Shown here in pieces: positions 36,401 through 42,491 of a stretch of 42,491 nucleotides of DNA (position 1 is its first letter; the number at the start of each line of letters is the position of its first letter). The notes below the pieces were generated by a model. It was not told where the DNA came from. It worked only from the letters and a program-made list of their open reading frames with translations, and searched no databases. The stretch is from positions 62,001 through 104,491 of the forward strand of contig JAYWIR010000120.1 in the NCBI GenBank assembly GCA_036172245.1, written 5' to 3'. The translations under genes and the position numbers were made by a program. The stretch comes from Raillietiella orientalis. Lineage: Eukaryota.

Positions 36401-36713
36401 CTGCCCGCGAAGTTTTACCAAACTTTCGCGGCTGAGCTTACCCCCTGGTATAGCAACTCACCTTGCTGATACGCGAGACAGTTGACGTTTCCTCCTTGTT
36501 TCTTTCGGCAAAGGTGTTGCTGCTCGCTAAGGGAAGAGATCTGAAGAGCATGCACAACTGGCGTCCTATCACAATAGTGAATGAGGACGCCAAGTTGCTA
36601 GCTAAGGTTTGGGCAGAGAGGTTGGGACGGGTTGCCAACATCTTCATCAGCCCGGAACAGACATATGCTGTTCCCGGGCGAAGCATGGAGGCGAACCTGT
36701 TCCACGCTTCCAC
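33416..36713 (+). mobile_element. B3: B-family 5' part (ORF1 33509-35142; ORF2 35142-36713)
   Basis: Leader TGCTCCAGGGT-GGCCGTGTTTT; collinear with B1; ends at NLFHAST. Confidence 0.92.
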
Positions 36714-36747
36714 CTATGTATCTCCTGCTGCTGCAGGAGATACATAG
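36714..36747. repeat. Perfect 15-bp inverted repeat at the B3/K junction
   Basis: CTATGTATCTCCTGC-tgct-GCAGGAGATACATAG. Confidence 0.9.
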
Positions 36748-37668
36748 CATCTCCGAACGGCAGGCATCGGATCTGGAAGAGCGCGCGGGCGGGACGCTAC
36801 ACTGGCGGCAAGGCTCCGCGCACACGTGCGGAGTCGCGTTCCTCGTCCGAGGCAGGGTGGCGGAGGCGGTGCGCAACGTTTGTTTCGACGAGGAAGGTCG
36901 TGTGGGCCAACTTGTCCTGAAGTGGTCCGAATCGATGGACCTGGTCGTTACGAACATCTACGCGCCGAGCGGCGGCCGGCATCACGCCCAGCGACTTGCA
37001 TTCCTGGGTGGCCTGTGCAGCCGCTGGCTCGCTGACTCGGGCCCTAACGTGGCGCACCTCCTTGCAGGAGACTTCAACGTCCACCTGCTAACAGAGGAGA
37101 GACGCCGCTTGAGGGAGAAGCAACTGGTGAGCGAGGCATGCGCGTCCGTGCGCGTGCAAAACTTGCTTGCTGATGAGCCCGGGATAGAGAGATCGCCGGA
37201 CCATGCGTTCCTCTATGAACACCTGCTCTCACGAGTAGGTCGGAGAGGGCGCCTGCTGTCCGCGATTTCGGATCATCCGAGACTGCAGTTCGAGCTCCTT
37301 CCGCCTGGCAAAGGGCCTCCGATAAATGTCTGGAGGTTGCTGGCCGACTGGCTTAGCAATTCGGAGGCGGCGGAGCATCTTCGCCAACACCTCGGGGGCT
37401 TTGCAATCCGTGAACTAGAGGACTGGGACGATCTCAAAAGATCGGTCCGCGAGTTCTGCAGCCGATTCCCCTTGCACCTGCTTCCCCGCGGCTTCGGAAA
37501 GGGTGTCGCGAACAGCAGATCCTATCTGTAAACACGTACCTTCTCCCGATGCCCGGACGTCCGGCGTCTGGCGGAGTACAAGGCCAGGGATGAGCGCCAG
37601 GTTTGGCAGTCTTGAGCGGCTTGTCTGCTCGATGACGCTGGCCAGGAATGCTCGGCTGCAGCCGAAGT
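36724..37668 (+). mobile_element. K part 1: 5'-truncated ORF2 (APE + linker), D/G-like
   Basis: LLLQEIH, NIYAP, GDFN, PDHAF, SDH...ECSAAAEV. Confidence 0.88.
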
Positions 37669-38840
37669 TTGTCACCCGCATATGCCGGGGCATTTATTAT
37701 TCTATTTTTTTATAAAAATTAGATAATAAAGTCTTGAGAAAAATGTTTTCTGTGGGGGAACACTGGGTTCTCCCACCTTGCTCGACGTGTCGGTTGCCGG
37801 TGCATAGACCGGTTAGGTCCATTCCCAAGGCGCATGGGAGGAGAAAACTGGAACAAAAACAAACAAAAAAAGAGATAACGGGTTGGGAAACAGTTATATG
37901 GGGAGAGGGGGGGGGCAGGGAAGGGATCACTGGGCGCCTGGGTCGGTCCTCCGCATCCTGTTAAGGATGCAGTCAAGTTCGGTTTTTATTGTGAAAGGTA
38001 GACGCCACCTTGTCGCTGTCTCTAAAGAGATCGTCGTTTAGTGGATGGCGTCCCTGCATCTTGGGCCTCTTCTTCTGGCGTGCCACCTTTGCACAATGCC
38101 GCGCACGCAGCAGAGGACTGCTAGAGACGCAGCGGGGCGCAGGCCGTCACTCAGAAAGAGGCGACGGTAAATTTCCTTAGGGTCGCCTACTGGAAGATGG
38201 AGGATTGGGGAGATTGGACTCCAGAGTCCATCCAGGGCGACCCACTCGAGGGTGAGTTGCGGGAAGGTTTCTCTTTCTCCGCACTCGACACAGCGGGCAT
38301 CCACATTCCCCAGTGTCCAGTGAGACAGGCGTGCTCTGCTTAACAGTCCCCAGTGCAGAAATAGCAACGTTGTCTCCTGGCACTCCAACGGGAGTGTGCC
38401 GCAATCCCAACACGCTGGGGGCCACTTCACCTTCTCCGGAGGTATTGCGAGCAGCTCTCCTCAGCGCGCAAGTCCGTGAGGCGGGACGCTCGGGGAGGCA
38501 GCGTCCGTGAGCTCCCGAGTCGTCCACACCTTTAAAGGTTTTTTCCTGCATCGGATGAGGCAAGACACTTCCCACGATGCCCGCTCGTTGCTGCTCCTAA
38601 TGTTTTTTAGGGAGGACAGAACGGGGCAAGGGGGCTGAAAGAAGCCCACAGAAGCTTCCGGGGCGTGTTGATAATATCCTGCAGCGGCTGTCGAGCCTAC
38701 GGTCCTCGTCGTAGGCAGTTGTATTCCGCCTCGCTCGTGCCGTTGATCTTAGCCCACGCGGAAGCTGACTCCTGAAGCCAGGCAGTGCAGTTCGCGGGGA
38801 GGCAGGAGATCCAGGTATTCTCCCTCATCAGGGCGATCAT
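37669..38840 (-). mobile_element. I: 5'-truncated LINE 3' end (about 1.17 kb) inserted in K
   Basis: KWPP..LFLHWG..CVECGERET; AATAAA 37698-37693 + hairpin. Confidence 0.87.
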
Positions 38841-39128
38841 CTGGCGCAAAGTACACCGCGTAGTCAAGCGCTACTACTCCTCGTTGTACGCGGAGGAGCC
38901 CACGGAACGCAGTCTCTCCAAGCTGCTTCTTTCGACGGGCAACCCTGCTATCGAGGAGGAGGAACGCGCCAGATTGGATTGGCCCTTCACGGCGGAAGAA
39001 GTGTCTTCCGCCATAGCGGGCCTGAAGAGGCGTAAGGCGCCTAGGGAAAATGGCCTGACCGCGGAGTTCTTTCACTGCTTCGCGGCGGAGCTCGTCCCCC
39101 TGGTGCTAAGCCTTTCCTTGCAGATGCG
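38841..39128 (+). mobile_element. K part 2: linker/RT start (KVHRVVKRYYSSLY...LQMR)
   Basis: Resumes the frame interrupted at 37668; KAPRENG. Confidence 0.82.
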
Positions 39129-41244
39129 TTTTGAACTCGGTTGCGCCGGGACGTTTATTTGTAAAAGCGAACCACAATCTTCAAGGCAAATTCATCCTTT
39201 CGAGACACAAGAAACGCCCATACAGTAAGTTCAGTTCAGAAAGATCACCGGCACGCAGGGTGCCTTCCAAAAGAAAGGAACGGAAGGAGAGGGATGCAGA
39301 ATAAACAAAACATAAGGGAGCAAACAAAAAAAAACAGTGAAGGGTGGGGTCAGGGATCTTTGGTAGCAAACGTTCCTAATCTTTCTAGAAGCGCTGTTTG
39401 ACAATGGCGACTTCCCTGGAGACTTTTCTGGGCAGATGAGGCCACCTGACAGCTGTTTCATAAGGTTCGCAGCGATTCTGGCGGCGTCCGTTCGCTGCGA
39501 GCTTCCTTTAAATTTACGGCGGGCGATCACGATGGCGCGGATGCAAGAGATTGTTGCGATAACAGCGCCTTTATCCAGTCCGACTTTGCTGAAGAAGCGT
39601 CGAAGCAGGTCTGTGCCAGTGTCCTGAAAACGACGTAGTGACTAAGCAAGTCTCCGCTATACTCCCTCAAGTCACTTCACTCAAGGAGCAGGTGCGTAAG
39701 CGATTCTATCGCCCCGCACCTGAGGCAGTTCGGGGAGACGACTCCCCCTGTAACCAAGTTTCTGCGCTTATTGAACTGGAATCCCCAGTGCAGAAAAAGA
39801 AGAACATCCTGTTTCCATCGAAGCGGGAACACGGAGCTGTCCACACACAAGGAAGGGACCACGAGATCTTCGAGGAGTAATCCAAGAAACTCACTCCAAC
39901 GAAGAAGTCCCTTTGCCAGGTAACGAGGAGTGGCAGCGTCTACCAACACGCTCGTTCTGCAGCCGCTCAGCAGTCTTCTCACTCCTGCAATGCTGCAGAA
40001 GAGCTTCCACCTTGCCGGTTGGCTACTGTCGTTGTTTGCCCTGAGAGCAGACAGCGCTGCGGCGATGGGTGAGACGACTATCCAGGACCAAAGCGACCAG
40101 TCCTGTACGATCACTCCTAGCGGTTCGCGTAAGAGGCCCTGTAAGGGTCGCAGTTGCTCTGGGCGTACATCCAAAGTTGACGTCCAGTGCTCCAGAGCTT
40201 CCTGCTGCCAAGCATTCCAATTGGAGGGGCGGCAGGAAATCCAGGCATGGGCTAACAGCAACGAGGACAAATGCCTCAGCGGGTAGCCAAATCCAGTTCT
40301 CCGGCGAAGGTTGGGCGGCAGCAACGAAAGCAATCCTGCACTGCCGACACATCGCTGGAGAATATGACGAGCCGGAGCACACCAGTGACTAAACTACAAT
40401 TTCCCACATAGGGATAGAAGCCGGAACTGCACTTGCAGTCCAATCTTCTGGATGCTCAGGATGCTCAGATCTGCGTCCTGGCATGGCGCCACCAAATCCT
40501 TAAGGCGAACCCTGGATCGCGCAGCGCCCCACAAGACCTTACGTAGCAGACGCTGCGCCCGGAGTTTAACCACATAGGGAGACAAGCAAACAAAAAATAA
40601 GGGGTGGAGGAGAGGGGCAAGGAAAGTGTTCCATATGCACGCCCTTTCCGGAAAGACGAACTTGCCTTCCAGGAACGTGCCTAGAGCCATCTCTGCTTTT
40701 GAAGACGGGCCGACCACGATTCAGACGAGCAGAAGTCGCCCAACGGTACGCCAAGGTACTTGAAGTACCTGACCGTGGAAATCCCCAGACGGATCCAGTC
40801 GGCCTGTCCCTCCCACGACGCTCCCACCGGCACGACGGAGCACTTCGCCCTGTTAACGCTCATGCCCGCTCCACGACGGATCAGCTCGAAGAAGTCTTGG
40901 ACCGAGTCCGGCGGAGTAGACATGGGCAACAGAAGCAGAAGGTCGTCGGCGTATGCTGCCGCGGACGGAGTGCACGGAGAGGCGCTGGGCAGGATGGCCA
41001 GCGTCAGCCTGTACGCTTTTAGCGCCAACTCAAAGTAGATGCTGAAGAGCAACGGGCCTAAGCTGTCGCCCTGTCTGATGCCGCTGCGCACGGCCACTCC
41101 GTACACACGGCAGCCACTGAAATACAAGTTGATAATCGCGTGGCGTCAGCAAAAGCGCAAGCACAGGAGAAGATGATTCGGAAGCCCATAACGCTCCAGG
41201 AGCTCCAAGAGGATTTTCTGGTTTACGCAGTCGAATGCTTTGTG
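39129..41244 (-). mobile_element. E: 3' half of a LINE (RT from HKAFD to 3' end)
   Basis: RQGDSLGP, YADD, FKYLG, CLRCGAIESLTHLLLE, AATAAA 39159-39154. Confidence 0.9.
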
Positions 41245-41266
41245 TGCTCCATGGTGGACGTGTTTT
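41229..41266 (+). promoter_or_regulatory. Putative Inr/DPE-like core promoter spanning the host/element junction (representative copy)
   Basis: gcA(41229)gtc with GGACGTG at 41256 (+28); motif recurs at 3618, 9849, 12000, 15003, 15336, 29301, 33427. Confidence 0.55.
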
Positions 41267-42491
41267 CTCGGTGCTCCTCGTGTCAGGAAGTCTCCCCCAG
41301 TGCAAGCGTCGTGTGGTTCAGTGGTCGATCAGGCAGCGATGCCTGACGCGACCACCAGGGATGGCCAGATGGCAGCGAAAACGCCGCTTCCAGAGGCGAT
41401 GAAGAGCCAGGAAGCGGCGGCAACGTCAACCCCAGAGGCGATGGAGGTGGGGGCATCCGCCCCCACAGAATCGGTCCCCGCTGCAGCGCGGGCGTGGAGC
41501 CCCGTTGTGTCGGCGCCATCGCCTGCAGCCGCGGCGGAATTGTCGGCCTATGTAGAGGAGGGGTACAACCCCTCATTGTTCTACAAGGTAGGCAATTTAT
41601 ATTCTTTAAAAAGCGCGCGCGCCTTCTCGAAGGGCATGCGCGCTCTAAATGCGAAAGAAAAGGAGCTCAGCGCTATGACCATCCGCAGCGGGGGTCAGTA
41701 CGTTGAGGTCATCTGCAAACATGCAGAGCTGGCCCAACGACTGCTAAAAAACTCCGTTGTGATGGGGACGCGCACGCTCCTCCCCACTACTGCGGACCGC
41801 AGCATGGTGGTCCACCTGTTAGGTGTTACCGCGCGGATGCGCAAGGAACAGGTTCGCGCCGCGTTGGAGGAATACGGAACGGTCCACGCGCAGTGGACGA
41901 AAGTTAGTCCTTTCGAGGACTACACGGGGCTGTAACACGGCCTCACTGCTGGGCGCGTTACCGTTCGGGAGGGCTGCACTCTTCCCCACAAACTGGTGGT
42001 CGAAGGCGAAACCGTCGACCTCTGGTATGTGGGGAAGCCCAAATACTGTGGCTTATGCAATACGTAGGGCCACCTCAAAAAGAGGTGTCCCGATGTGCAG
42101 TGCCAAGTATGCGAAACCATGGGACACACGAGGGAGGTGTGCCCTAAAGCAGCAGTGCGGGTGGTTTCCAAGAGAAACCTTAAAAAACGTGCCCGGCTTC
42201 TGCAGAAAAGGCTGGCGGCGAAAGCTGCCGCGAAGGCTGTTCCACCCGCGCCCAAAGCCCAGGCCGCACCCGAGACCCCGGCGAACAACGCCGAACAAGT
42301 CGAGGGAGCAAGCCAGGAGCCTGGGTGGCAGGTGGCTACGGCCGAAAAATCAAAGAAGGAGAGGAGGATAGAGAAAAAGCTCGCGTACCGCCAGAAAAAA
42401 CAGCAGGCAAGCGAGCAAATTAAAGAATGCGGCGTTGTCGTCGAGCGTATTCCCGACCGCTGCGAAAAAGAACTCGCCGCTACCGTCGATC
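41245..42491 (+). mobile_element. B4: B-family 5'UTR + ORF1 (ATG 41339), runs off the right edge
   Basis: Leader TGCTCCATGGT-GGACGTGTTTT; collinear with B1/B3; premature stop at 41935 and another near 42066. Confidence 0.92.

Noticed and set aside
4291..39159. Recurrent 30-nt hairpin motif as CRISPR or attC-like repeats
   Set aside because: Dispersed, on both strands, and always at LINE 3' termini
1..42491. Many 100-300 aa antisense or alternate-frame ORFs (e.g. 4345-5181, 9759-10664, 30261-30989)
   Set aside because: Shadows of GC-rich LINE coding sequence with no recognisable domains; some cross element junctions
33416..42491. B3/B4 direct repeats as LTRs or a segmental duplication
   Set aside because: They are ORF1-bearing 5' ends with different upstream hosts (H versus E); no PBS/PPT, integrase or protease seen
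1..42491. Host organism assignment
   Set aside because: Inr/DPE-like motifs hint at an animal, but no host gene is present to support a call

Overview
The whole 42.5 kb is a dense nest of eukaryotic non-LTR retrotransposons of L1/Tx1-like architecture. ORF1 has an RRM-like region plus CCHC knuckles; ORF2 has an APE endonuclease, an RT with YADD and a C-terminal Cys/His finger. I see no host genes, RNA genes or CRISPR. I resolve about 17 segments from about 9 divergent lineages (my labels A-K); most are decayed and coordinates were read by eye. The nesting looks ordered rather than random. (1) Family B sits antisense at the same base of the RT KAFD codons in four different host lineages, and other lineages interrupt other conserved ORF2 motifs. 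(2) Intact 5' ends carry a DPE-like GGACGTG 11 nt inside the element. With a 16-bp TSD this puts it at +28 from the first target-site base, usually an Inr-like (C)A, which suggests a promoter completed by the target. (3) 3' ends lack long poly(A) but share a covarying hairpin with a CUGCGU-type loop and an AATAAA-linked terminal hairpin. (4) ORF1 and ORF2 overlap as stop-start TAATG/TGATG/ATGA. (5) The APE appears to lack the L1 beta-hairpin loop. Together this suggests a guild of mutually targeting, site-specific LINEs. Novelty was not checked against databases.
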